This document shows positions 55,687 through 64,000 of a stretch of 64,000 nucleotides of DNA, piece after piece. The notes under the pieces were generated by a model. That model was not told the origin of the DNA. It made no database searches and saw nothing but the letters and a program-made list of their open reading frames with translations. This DNA comes from Candidatus Liptonbacteria bacterium (GTDB lineage: Bacteria > Patescibacteriota > Minisyncoccia > UBA6257 > JACOXY01), in the NCBI GenBank assembly GCA_016182095.1, contig JACOXY010000012.1, positions 25,864 to 89,863 of the forward strand. Reading direction: 5' to 3'. The translations under genes were made by a program, and so were the position numbers. The stretch's first letter is position 1. Every line of letters begins with the position of its first letter.

Positions 55687-56767
55687 TTATTTCTTGTCAA
55701 ATCTTAATTCCGCTTCTATAAATTGGTCTATATCTCCGCTTAAAACCTTCTCCGCCTGCGAGGTTTCCGCCTCCGTCCGATGATCTTTTACCATTTTATA
55801 GGGATGCAGGACATATGAGCGAATCTGACTCCCCCACTCCGGCTTTACTTTGACGCGGAGGTCGCTTAATTCTTTCGCTTCGCGCTCTTGCATTAGGGTG
55901 AATAATTTTGCCCGCAAAAGTTTCATGGCATTCTCTCTGTTTTGCGCTTGTGAGCGCTCCACTTGGCTTGCGACAGAAATGCCGGTTGGAATATGCGTAA
56001 TGCGCACCGCCGTTTCCACTTTATTTACATTCTGCCCGCCAGGTCCGCCCGCGCGAAAAAGATCAATTTTTAAGTCCTCCTGCGGAATTTGAATAGCCGC
56101 TTCCTCAACTTCCGGGAGTTCGGGTAACACCTCAACGAGCGCGAAAGAAGTATGACGTAGTTTTTTTGGCGAAAAAGGAGAAATACGCACCAGCCGATGC
56201 ACCCCTGCCTCTTTTTTTAGATAGCCGTAGGCGTGGTCGCCCTTAATTTCGAGCGTCGCGTTCCGCAGAGGGTGGCGCCCTGTTTTTGATTGAAAATCGT
56301 GGATAGCCTCGTGCACCAGGCGCGTCTTCCACCCGCGAAGAGCGCAGTATTTTTGATACATTTCGAGTAGCATCGCGGTCCAGTCCGCGGCGTCTTCCCC
56401 ACCCGCGCCAGAATAGACCGAGAGCACTGCCGATTGCGCGTCATACTTCGCTCTAAAAAGCCGCTCTATTTCCAACGCCTGAAACAGCTTTTTTGCGGCA
56501 GAATAATCCTCCTCGTTCGGGTTTTCTTTAAGTCCAGCCGCGCGCCCTTGAACATCATAAAACCTGTCCAGCAAGTTTTTTAACTGGCCATATTCTTTTG
56601 TTTTATTTTCCGCTCGCCCGCGATCTTTCCAGAGATCCGGGTCGGAAATCGCGAACTCAAGCTCTTTAAGTTTTGTGCGTTTAGTTTCTACGTCAAAGCC
56701 ACCCACCTACGCGGTGGGTATTTTCAATTAGTTCTTCTATCGCCTTTTTTAGTTCATCGTGGGTCAT
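55687..56767 (-). CDS. prfB: peptide chain release factor 2 with a programmed +1 frameshift
   Basis: Frame-0 [27 protein letters not shown] ends at CTT TGA C (56692-56698) and is preceded by the SD-like AGGTGGG. The +1 frame continues as DVETKRT...; SPF and GGQ motifs present. Confidence 0.85.
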
Positions 56768-57175
56768 AAGAATAGGTTATAGTGGATAGTTTGTAGTTTA
56801 TAGAAAAAGCTTAATACAAAAAATAAAATAAATCAAAATCTGCCTTGAGGCAGATTTTGATTTATAAATTTGCGCAAAGTTGTAAGTTACTCGTCGTCTG
56901 GGTCAGAAATTTTACGATCGCCCACAAACAAACTGCTACCCGTTGAACCGCCACCCCTCAATCCCTCCATGCCATCATTTAGATTCCCACCGCCACCCTT
57001 TGGCCAATAATACAATGATTTTCCTTTCATAATTATTGATAAAAGTTGTTATAAAACTAACGACCTTTATGTATTAATAATACTGCAAAAGCTGGACAAG
57101 CGCAACAACAACATATTGAAATTATGTGCAGGTATGATAAACTCTCACAAGTACTGCGAATAGGGAAATGGTAAG

Positions 57176-57457
57176 ATGGATCCGGTCAGTGGACTTGAGA
57201 ACAAATCGGTAGTTGCCTCTAAAGATTATCCTGATTATTTCTGGTCCGGAGAAGATTTTGAAACCACCGATGGTGAAAATCTCGAAAAGTCGCTCGTTCC
57301 TGAAGTCGCGCGGCAGACAGCAGATTCTCCAAACGGAGCCACGCCAACCACAGAAAAAAAGGACCGCCCAAGACGAAACAAACGCGCGGAAATGTTAGAA
57401 AAATTTAGGATATTAAAGGCAAGAAAAAAGAAAAGGCAAAATACGCCCGCCCAATAA
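57176..57457 (+). CDS. hypothetical protein
   Basis: 93-aa ORF. Confidence 0.35.
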   Translation: MDPVSGLENKSVVASKDYPDYFWSGEDFETTDGENLEKSLVPEVARQTADSPNGATPTTEKKDRPRRNKRAEMLEKFRILKARKKKRQNTPAQ

Positions 57458-57480
57458 GCGGGATTTTGTATTAGATTAAG

Positions 57481-58161
57481 CTATTTTTTTGCTTTCTCCT
57501 TTTTCTCTTCCTTAAACAGCACGAGGAGTCTTTCTAAATATTCATTGGCCGTTCTTCTTCCCCGCTCATCAGCCATGCTCTGAATAGCTGACTTTAATTT
57601 TTCTTCTTCAAAGCCAAGAAAGGCAACCTCGTCCGAATAAACTGTCCAGGGGCGAAACGTCTCAAGATAATAAACATTGCCATCCTTTCCTCTAGAAAAG
57701 TTAGCCACAAAAGAATCTATACAGTCGCCCAAACCAAAACCTTCAAGGCGTTTTTCCAAATCACGTGCTCCTTCTTTAAGCTCCTTGTTCAGCATGCGGT
57801 ATCCCCTATCCCAGTATTCGTCGCCTTTTTTTTGTTCTCTTCTATCAGAAGCATTAGAAAATTCCACTCCTTCCTGCAAAACACTTTGTCCCTCTGTGTG
57901 CGCGATTCGATCTGTATCTGCGGTTTGAATCTTGTCCGCAGATTCTGTTACTTGATGTATATCGGGAATATTATCGGGAAATAGCAAGTGAGCAATTTTC
58001 GTTAAATAAAACCTGCCTTTCATCTGGCGTAAAGTTTCATTTAGTCCCGGGCGCATTTCCGCGATAATTCTGCCTTCATTTTTGGGGTCCACAAAAACTC
58101 TTTTTTCACCTCCTTGCCCAAGCGGCACCAATCCTTCTGATTCAAATTTCCTGGTTCGCAT
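57481..58161 (-). CDS. hypothetical protein
   Basis: 226-aa ORF, no confident family assignment. Confidence 0.45.
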   Translation of the reverse strand: MRTRKFESEGLVPLGQGGEKRVFVDPKNEGRIIAEMRPGLNETLRQMKGRFYLTKIAHLLFPDNIPDIHQVTESADKIQTADTDRIAHTEGQSVLQEGVEFSNASDRREQKKGDEYWDRGYRMLNKELKEGARDLEKRLEGFGLGDCIDSFVANFSRGKDGNVYYLETFRPWTVYSDEVAFLGFEEEKLKSAIQSMADERGRRTANEYLERLLVLFKEEKKEKAKK

Positions 58162-58188
58162 ATTTGAATTTAATTCTAAAAAAAATTA

Positions 58189-58262
58189 TGGAGCCGAAGG
58201 CGAGAATCGAACTCGCGTCTTTCGCTTACGAAGCGATTGCTCTGCCACTGAGCTACATCGGC
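58189..58262 (-). tRNA. tRNA-Thr (anticodon CGU)
   Basis: Reverse complement gccgatgtagctcagtggcagagcaatcgcttcgtaagcgaaagacgcgagttcgattctcgccttcggctcca; T arm gcgag-ttcgatt-ctcgc; anticodon loop ttCGTaa; CCA encoded. Confidence 0.7.
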
Positions 58263-58340
58263 AAACGGCAATTTTACTTATAACCCCGGCTGACCTGTCT
58301 GCCGGCAGGCAGAGCTAAGGTGGTAATGAAATGCAATTTT

Positions 58341-58802
58341 TTAGTCTCCGGCCAAAATCCGCATTTTTTCATAAATTTCTTTTACAATTTCCGACGGATG
58401 AACTTTTTCTGGATTATACCAAATCTCCCAGGCTGTAAATCCCGTTGGGTCTTTTTCGTCCGGCCAGGGGCCGACCTGGTGGAATCCCTGATATTGTTTC
58501 ATTACAATACCAGCCACCCTGTTAAATAATCGAAACAGTTTCGGATCTTTGGTGTCTAAACCTACCATGTCGCGCTTATCCCCTTGGGCTGGCCAAACAA
58601 AAATTTTTTCCTTTGGCCGATCGTTTGGATTCTTTTCGGCATTATATGCGTTATTTTTTTCATTTTCTACAAGATGTTCAGCAATTTGATAATCTTCTGA
58701 CGTAGCCACCTCTCCCGCAACTGCTCTTAGTTTTTCAGCTTCAATTTCAGCTTCTTCTTTTGTATATCTATTTTTCTCAAAAAAGTCGTGGAATCTCCAC
58801 AT
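58341..58802 (-). CDS. hypothetical protein
   Basis: 153-aa ORF. Confidence 0.4.
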   Translation of the reverse strand: MWRFHDFFEKNRYTKEEAEIEAEKLRAVAGEVATSEDYQIAEHLVENEKNNAYNAEKNPNDRPKEKIFVWPAQGDKRDMVGLDTKDPKLFRLFNRVAGIVMKQYQGFHQVGPWPDEKDPTGFTAWEIWYNPEKVHPSEIVKEIYEKMRILAGD

Positions 58803-58816
58803 AAGTAATATTGGGG

Positions 58817-59236
58817 CTAGTTTTGAATATTCTCGCGTGGTTTGGTGAGCGTTCTAAAAAACAAAGCAAGCGCTCCAAAAGACAGACCAATATCCCTAAA
58901 TGTCACATCATCAACTCCGGAGAGTACTAATATAGAGGTTAAATTGAAAAACGTCAAAATGCTGACAACAGGCAGAAACCAGCCCAAAAGAAGCCCGGCG
59001 CCCAAAAATAAATCAAAAAATGCGTGGAGTATTAGAGCGCTCTCGCGCGGATAAAAATTCTCCACAAATTGCGGCACAAAGCCGATCCAGGCGACAGGAT
59101 TTGCAATAATACTAAAACCTGCGTAAAGCAAAACCACGCCCAAGCCTAAGCGCAAAGCCAGCATATCCCACTTGTCCAACCCCCACGTATTTAATTTATT
59201 GACGACTGGACTTAAAAGCCGAGTTAGGTGGTGCAT
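58817..59236 (-). CDS. DoxX-family membrane protein
   Basis: Four-TM DoxX-like pattern (LRLGLGVVLLYAG...). Confidence 0.5.
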   Translation of the reverse strand: MHHLTRLLSPVVNKLNTWGLDKWDMLALRLGLGVVLLYAGFSIIANPVAWIGFVPQFVENFYPRESALILHAFFDLFLGAGLLLGWFLPVVSILTFFNLTSILVLSGVDDVTFRDIGLSFGALALFFRTLTKPRENIQN

Positions 59237-59355
59237 GTTATTACAATATTAAAAATTAAATATCGAAAATAAAAATACTGGCTGTTTGAAATTTCGGAAG
59301 TGAAATTTCAAACTTCATAAATTTTGATTTTTAGTTTTTGATTTTTTATTTTGCT

Positions 59356-60105
59356 TTAAGCAATAATACCACTTATTAAACTCCCGATAAAGTACGCGAT
59401 AACTGCCGCGAGGCCACCCACAAAGAGCATTTCCAGTCCCGACCAAAACCAGTTTCTTCTTGTAATTATAGTCCTCATGGCCCCAACAGAGAAAAGCGCG
59501 ATCCCGGTCGCAATCGTGGAAATCATAAGCAAGTCGCTTAACACGAAATTCAAGACAATAAATGGCATAATAGGAAGACTGCCGGCCGCGATAAAGGAAA
59601 TAAGGGTGAGCAATGACGCCTTGATGTCACTACCATTGCCGCGAGAAAGGCGAAGTTCATACTTCATCATAAAATCAACCCAGAATTTCTCATTTTTGCT
59701 TATGAGCCGAGTCATGGCCTCCGCGTCTTCCCTGGCATATCCCCTTTCCACAAGGATACTTTTCACCTCCTCTGTTTCATATTTAGGTTTGCGCAGAATC
59801 TCGTCCTCCTCTCGTCTTTCTTCCGTTTTTATCAATGCCCGCTCCGATCGTGACCCCAAATAATTGGAAACGGCCATGGAAAACCCGTCGGCCAAGAGAT
59901 TGGCGAACCCCAAAATAATAATCGTGGCTATGGGCAGTGACGCGCCTACGACTCCGGCCACAACAGCAAAGGTCGTGATAATACCGTCATTCGCCGCGTA
60001 AATAATGTCTTTGATATAGCCAGCTATGCCCTCCGAATGATATTCGTAATGTTTGGATTTATTTATATGCATCTCTAGGTTATAATTATTATAATAATTC
60101 TCCAT
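59356..60105 (-). CDS. VIT1/CCC1-family iron/manganese transporter
   Basis: ANDGIITTFAVVAGV motif and C-terminal TM bundle; start trimmed to MENYYNN so that it does not overlap the divergent znuC-like gene. Confidence 0.6.
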   Translation of the reverse strand: MENYYNNYNLEMHINKSKHYEYHSEGIAGYIKDIIYAANDGIITTFAVVAGVVGASLPIATIIILGFANLLADGFSMAVSNYLGSRSERALIKTEERREEDEILRKPKYETEEVKSILVERGYAREDAEAMTRLISKNEKFWVDFMMKYELRLSRGNGSDIKASLLTLISFIAAGSLPIMPFIVLNFVLSDLLMISTIATGIALFSVGAMRTIITRRNWFWSGLEMLFVGGLAAVIAYFIGSLISGIIA

Positions 60106-60826
60106 GGATAAATCCAGCAATAAAAAAGTTTTGGAAGTAAAAAATCTCTTTGTGCGGTTTGGCGATGATTTGATTATTGATAATTTGAGTTTTGACGTCG
60201 CCAAAGGAGAACACCTTACCATAATCGGACCCAATGGATCGGGTAAGACCACTTTATTTAGGGCTTTAATAGACACCATTCCGCATCAAGGAGAAGTGAT
60301 TTGGGCGCTGGATACCATAATCGGTTATATACCACAGAAATTGGACATAGAAAGAAATGTGCCGCTCTCTCTTTACGATTTTCTGCAGTCAAAAAATAGT
60401 GGCCTTAAAGGGATAGGAGATGGTGAAATAAAAGATTGCTTGAAACTCGTTAATCTTCCAGAGGATATTTTGGGAAAGCCATTGGGGGCTCTGTCGGGCG
60501 GGCAATTTCAAAGAGCGCTCGTCACATTCGCCCTTATCGGAAGCCCAACAGTGCTTCTTTTTGACGAACCAACGGCAGGCATAGACCAACCAAGTGAAGA
60601 GCAGATTTATGACACATTGCACCGCCTGCAGGATGAAAGGGGCGTAACCATCATAACCATTTCACATGATTTAAGTTTGGTGCACCGCCACGCGCACAAA
60701 GTACTATGCCTGAACCGCCGGAAAATTTGCTACGGCCTGCCGGAGGAAGTTCTTGATAAACAAACCCTGTCGCGGCTTTATGGGACCGAGCATCATAAAT
60801 TCTTCCACCATATACATGACAAATAA
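60104..60826 (+). CDS. metal ABC transporter ATP-binding protein (ZnuC/MntB-like)
   Basis: GPNGSGKTT; LSGGQFQRALV; LLFDEPTAGID. Confidence 0.75.
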   Translation: MDKSSNKKVLEVKNLFVRFGDDLIIDNLSFDVAKGEHLTIIGPNGSGKTTLFRALIDTIPHQGEVIWALDTIIGYIPQKLDIERNVPLSLYDFLQSKNSGLKGIGDGEIKDCLKLVNLPEDILGKPLGALSGGQFQRALVTFALIGSPTVLLFDEPTAGIDQPSEEQIYDTLHRLQDERGVTIITISHDLSLVHRHAHKVLCLNRRKICYGLPEEVLDKQTLSRLYGTEHHKFFHHIHDK

Positions 60827-61586
60827 CGAGTTGCTAAGCATAATATTGGCTGCCATAACCGCTCTAGTCTCCGGCGTAGTCGGCTCATTCGCTCTAATGC
60901 GTAAAATGGCGCTTGCCGGAGATGCCTTGTCGCACGTAGCGCTCCCCGGAATCGGCGTGGCCCTTATTTATTCCTTGAACCCCGCGATAGGAGGAGGGTT
61001 GGCGCTTTTAGTGGGAGCTATTTTAATATGGAAAATTGAGAGGGTCACAAACTTAAATACCGAAGCAATAATAGGAGTGCTTTTTGCTGTAAGCTTGGCC
61101 GCGGGAGGACTTCTTATAGAAAGCGAGCATGAGTTGGAAGAAGCACTGTTTGGTGGAGTGGCCACCGTTACGGTAAACGAATTTATCGCGGGAGTAGCCG
61201 TGGCCGTTTTATCGCTTTGGTTTTTGCTTAGAAACCGCCACGCTTTGGTCTTGAGTCTGATATCCAAGGATTTAGCCAAAACGGCTGGAGTAAAAACAGA
61301 AACACAGCAACTTTATTTTCTTTTGATTTTTTCCATAACAGTAATTTTAGGATTGAAATTCTTGGGCGTTCTTTTAATGGGATCGCTCATCATTATCCCC
61401 GCCGCGACAGCGAGAAATGTCACTCAAACCCTAAGCGGGATGCTCGCGACCGCATCATGCACGGCTCTTATCGCAGTTCTTGGCGGATTTGCGGCTCGCG
61501 CGCTCGTGGAAACGGCTCTGGGGCCATCCATCATCAGCATTGCCGGATTAATGTTTTTCATATCGCTTTTGGCAAGGCGAGCTTAA
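60816..61586 (+). CDS. metal ABC transporter permease (ABC-3 family, ZnuB/MntC-like)
   Basis: ABC-3 TM pattern; start trimmed to MTNNELLS. Confidence 0.7.
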   Translation: MTNNELLSIILAAITALVSGVVGSFALMRKMALAGDALSHVALPGIGVALIYSLNPAIGGGLALLVGAILIWKIERVTNLNTEAIIGVLFAVSLAAGGLLIESEHELEEALFGGVATVTVNEFIAGVAVAVLSLWFLLRNRHALVLSLISKDLAKTAGVKTETQQLYFLLIFSITVILGLKFLGVLLMGSLIIIPAATARNVTQTLSGMLATASCTALIAVLGGFAARALVETALGPSIISIAGLMFFISLLARRA

Positions 61587-61650
61587 TAAAGGTGGGGTAA
61601 AAGAAGTTTTGAGCATACATAAATAAAAACCGCCCGAAGGCGGTTTTTAT

Positions 61651-62196
61651 TTATGCCTTATTTTTCAAATATTTTATCATTGTATTTACATCGCTGACCT
61701 CAAACGGGTCATCCGGACAATTATCCGAAAACCCGGGTTCAATAAAAACTTTTTCAATATTGCCGTCCACAACATACATGCTGTAACGCCACGATCTCTC
61801 ACCAAAACCAAGATTATCTTTCTTAACCATCATGCCCATCGCCCTCGTAAAATCGCCGGAGCCATCCGGTACGAGCTTTACCTTGCTGACACTTTGGTTT
61901 TTCCCCCACTGAAACATCACAAAGGCGTCATTCACCGAAAAGCAGTAAACCTCATCCACGCCCAAAGCTTTTAGCTCACCATATCCTTTTTCATAGCCGG
62001 GCAAATGGGTTGACGAGCAGGTTGGCGTAAAAGCTCCGGGAAGTGAAAACACCACCACCTTTTTACCCTTAAATAAAGCGGCGCTTTGAACATCCTGCCA
62101 TCTGAAAGGATTTTCTCCTTGAACACTTTCGTCTCTGACGCGGGTTTTTAAAGTAACATTCGGCACTTTAGCCGGCACATTTGGCATATAATCCAT
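61651..62196 (-). CDS. peroxiredoxin (Prx5-like)
   Basis: VVVFSLPGAFTPTCS peroxidatic-Cys motif; start trimmed to MDYMPNVP, because the upstream MNDRLLYEV... extension is an artifact of reading into repeat element B. Confidence 0.75.
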   Translation of the reverse strand: MDYMPNVPAKVPNVTLKTRVRDESVQGENPFRWQDVQSAALFKGKKVVVFSLPGAFTPTCSSTHLPGYEKGYGELKALGVDEVYCFSVNDAFVMFQWGKNQSVSKVKLVPDGSGDFTRAMGMMVKKDNLGFGERSWRYSMYVVDGNIEKVFIEPGFSDNCPDDPFEVSDVNTMIKYLKNKA

Positions 62197-62258
62197 AAGA
62201 TTGGCTATTTTTATTAATTCTAATAGATAGATTATAAAAAAATATTCACAAAAAATCA

Positions 62259-62445
62259 ACCAGGTAGTGAAAATGCGAGCATTTCTTTCTACCAACTCCA
62301 AGACCTCGTATAACAAACGATCGTTCAATTGACGAGGTTGACGAGGTTATTGATTGTTATTGATCGGGTATAAATACTGAACGAGAAGCAGAAATCGAAC
62401 CCGCGTCTCAACCTTGCCGGGTAGTAGAAGTGCGATTACATTTTT
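62259..62445. mobile_element. MITE-like element B, inverted copy of element A, abutting tRNA-Gly
   Basis: 62259-62390 is about 95% identical to the reverse complement of 53330-53458. A second 20-bp motif copy (ccgggtagtagaagtgcga) lies at 62417. A tRNA-3'-half-like remnant (gcgggttcgatttctgc) lies between them. Confidence 0.55.
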
Positions 62446-62518
62446 GGAGCAGGATACCGGAATCGAACCGGCACTCCAACCTTGGGAAGGTTGTGTACTG
62501 CCACTATACTAATCCTGC
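62445..62518 (-). tRNA. tRNA-Gly (anticodon CCC)
   Basis: Reverse complement gcaggattagtatagtggcagtacacaaccttcccaaggttggagtgccggttcgattccggtatcctgctcca; anticodon loop ttCCCaa; CCA encoded. Confidence 0.75.
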
Positions 62519-62582
62519 ATGAAATCACACCTTCACTAACCGGCCTGGAAAGATCGTATTCTGCCATTCCTACCACGTGAGC

Positions 62583-63044
62583 TTAACAAATATTTTTTGA
62601 GCCGCAATCCGCGATAACCTTGCCGTTTTGCCAAGAAAAATCGGACACTAAAATAATAACCCTTGCGTTACTTCTCGCAAGATGAAGCCAGTCGTCAAAG
62701 ATAACTTTTTCGGCCCGCAGATTATCGGCAAGCATTGCCCTCACTCTGCCGGGCTCTTCTATTTTTCTTATATTTTCCCCAAGCCGACCCACGGCCTCAC
62801 TATAAATTAACTCATCCTCAATCATCTGCTGAAGCGATAATTTTTTGATTTCGTTGTGGCCCACTTCTGCGTCGCCACTCAAACTGCGCAGGTTCGCCTC
62901 CAGCACTCTATTGTATCGATTTTCAGAGAGGAATTTGGAGTTCACAATAACCACAGGAAAATACCCAAACCGTATAAAGGCGAAGCCTGCGAGACCAAGA
63001 AAGATAAGCAATATAAAAGTTATAATATAGAATCGTTTGGACAA
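62583..63044 (-). CDS. membrane-anchored hypothetical protein
   Basis: N-terminal TM helix, 153 aa. Confidence 0.4.
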   Translation of the reverse strand: MSKRFYIITFILLIFLGLAGFAFIRFGYFPVVIVNSKFLSENRYNRVLEANLRSLSGDAEVGHNEIKKLSLQQMIEDELIYSEAVGRLGENIRKIEEPGRVRAMLADNLRAEKVIFDDWLHLARSNARVIILVSDFSWQNGKVIADCGSKNIC

Positions 63045-63059
63045 GGGTTTAATTCGTTA

Positions 63060-63329
63060 TTATTCCTTTGGGACAACAATTATAAGTTTTTCTCCGGGAT
63101 CTTTATAGTTCAATTGCGACCTGGCTTCTTTCTCTAAATTATCTTCGTTCTCATAATATCTTACGTCTTCCTCAATTTTTGAATTTGACAACTTTAGATC
63201 ATCAAACTGGGACTTTAGTTCAGAAAATTCTTTCTTGACAGTTCGATAATCGCGAAAAAAATTAAAGTTTTGGTATGACATTAAAACTATAAGCAGAACA
63301 AGTACCATGATAATAGCGAGACGAGCCAT
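63060..63329 (-). CDS. ftsB: septum formation initiator (FtsB/DivIC family)
   Basis: N-terminal TM, coiled coil, C-terminal ARSQLNYKDPGEKLIIV signature. Confidence 0.6.
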   Translation of the reverse strand: MARLAIIMVLVLLIVLMSYQNFNFFRDYRTVKKEFSELKSQFDDLKLSNSKIEEDVRYYENEDNLEKEARSQLNYKDPGEKLIIVVPKE

Positions 63330-63364
63330 ATTGATATGTTAGCATAAAAATCAAAAATCTAGGA

Positions 63365-64000
63365 TTACCTTTTCAGCAGTTCCTTAAATACACTCGGCTC
63401 TATTTCAACTCTGCCGGTTACCTTAAGACGTTTTTTGCCTCTTTGTTGTTTCTTCCAAAGCTTCATTTTTCTGGTTCTATCCCCGCCATAAAGATAACCG
63501 GTAACATCTTTTTTCATAGCTGGTATATCTTCTCTCGCAAGTATTCTCCCGAAAGACTGCGCCTGCAAACTTTGCGCAAATTGTTGTTTGGGAAGCAAGT
63601 CTTTTAGTCTTGTAAGCATTTGCCTTCCTTCGCGCTCGGCCTCATCTCGCCTTACTATTCTCGTTAATCCCGGCACAACTTCTCCGGCAACCAAAATTTC
63701 AAGCTTTGTCAGATCCGCCCTTTCTTCTCCGGAGAGCTCATAACTAAAAGAGGCGTATCCGGAAGAAACCGATTTTAACTTGTCGTCAAAATCACTTATT
63801 AGGTCGCTAAGCGGCAGCTTGGCAGTTACAATATTGTAATCCTGAAATGACTCGGTGCTGAAATTCTTAAGATGAAAAGTGTTTTGAAGCTGCATAATGC
63901 TCCCTAAATAAGCTACCGGTGTTACAATCTCTATTTTTACAATTGGCTCCATCGCATCATCATAATCACTGGGGAAATCTTTTGGAGTTTTTACTTCTTG
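63365..64000 (-). CDS. lepA: elongation factor 4 (LepA), C-terminal part; gene continues beyond the window edge
   Basis: LepA C-terminal domain signature ...SGYASFSYELSGEERADLTKLEILVAGEVV...KDVTGYLYGGDRTRKMKLWKKQQRGKKRLK; ORF open to the window end. Confidence 0.8.
   Translation of the reverse strand, partial: QEVKTPKDFPSDYDDAMEPIVKIEIVTPVAYLGSIMQLQNTFHLKNFSTESFQDYNIVTAKLPLSDLISDFDDKLKSVSSGYASFSYELSGEERADLTKLEILVAGEVVPGLTRIVRRDEAEREGRQMLTRLKDLLPKQQFAQSLQAQSFGRILAREDIPAMKKDVTGYLYGGDRTRKMKLWKKQQRGKKRLKVTGRVEIEPSVFKELLKR

Noticed and set aside
55307-55783. Plus-strand ORF 55307..55783 (158 aa)
   Set aside because: It is low-complexity and basic, lies antisense to a hydrophobic minus-strand ORF that fits the ftsE–prfB operon strand, and overlaps the prfB 3' end.
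53385-62328. Shared N-terminus MNDRLLYEVLELVERNARIFTTW of ORFs 53385..53576(+) and 61651..62328(-), suggesting paralogous proteins
   Set aside because: The identical residues are encoded by the inverted MITE-like repeat. The real peroxiredoxin starts at an internal Met (MDYMPNVP), and the 63-aa ORF is non-coding repeat sequence.
62372-62444. A second tRNA adjacent to tRNA-Gly
   Set aside because: Only a T-arm/acceptor-like 3' half (gcgggttcgatttctgc…) is recognisable; no complementary 5' acceptor strand, D arm or anticodon arm can be folded. It is treated as a tRNA-derived remnant inside repeat element B.
1-64000. Transposase, integrase or recombinase genes that would define IS elements or integrated phage
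   Set aside because: No DDE, tyrosine/serine recombinase or phage structural signatures were recognised in any frame. The mobile-looking features here are short non-autonomous repeats and flanked cassettes only.

Overview
This window is a gene-dense, fairly AT-rich stretch (roughly low-to-mid 40s % GC by eye) that looks like a reduced-genome bacterium of the Patescibacteria/CPR type. The indications are many small hypothetical genes, a type IV pilin-like protein, large repeat-rich surface proteins, a short dnaX, rpmA with no rplU, and overlapping or adjacent genes. Recognisable housekeeping genes are ddl, purF, rnhA, nrnA-like, pgk, an NDH-2-like oxidoreductase, pyrG, rpmA, rplI, ctpA, dnaX, tpiA, a Cys/Met PLP enzyme, nth, mpg, ychF, an rluB-like synthase, ftsEX, prfB (with its programmed +1 frameshift), ftsB, lepA (partial), a peroxiredoxin, znuBC-like genes and a VIT transporter. 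There is a copper module (csoR, cupredoxin, copA), a long RNase P RNA carrying a large AT-rich insertion, and three tRNAs (Gln-UUG, Thr-CGU, Gly-CCC). The window is rich in accessory and repeat structure. Three small high-GC cassettes each have a canonical TTGACA-17/18-TATAAT-like promoter, a long hairpin-containing leader, a strong Shine-Dalgarno and a GC3-biased small ORF; two of them are flanked by direct repeats. A pair of short element copies (~196 bp at 53263..53458 and ~187 bp at 62259..62445), each ending in a 20-bp motif, sits in inverted orientation around a 9-kb housekeeping block next to tRNA-Gly. Paralogous ArsR-like regulators are each flanked on both sides by copies of operator-like repeats. 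A G13 homopolymer splits a Cache-like sensor gene, which suggests phase variation. The mpg gene carries an in-frame GC-rich double-hairpin insertion and a tandem duplication of its 3' end plus terminator. Other items are a standalone Cas4-like PD-(D/E)xK nuclease, a CHAT/caspase-like protein co-transcribed with rplI, a P-loop NTPase fused to a CYTH domain, a membrane-anchored PaaX-like protein next to a VirD4/TraG-like ATPase, and an orphan HigA-like antitoxin. No CRISPR array, transposase or integrase was recognised.
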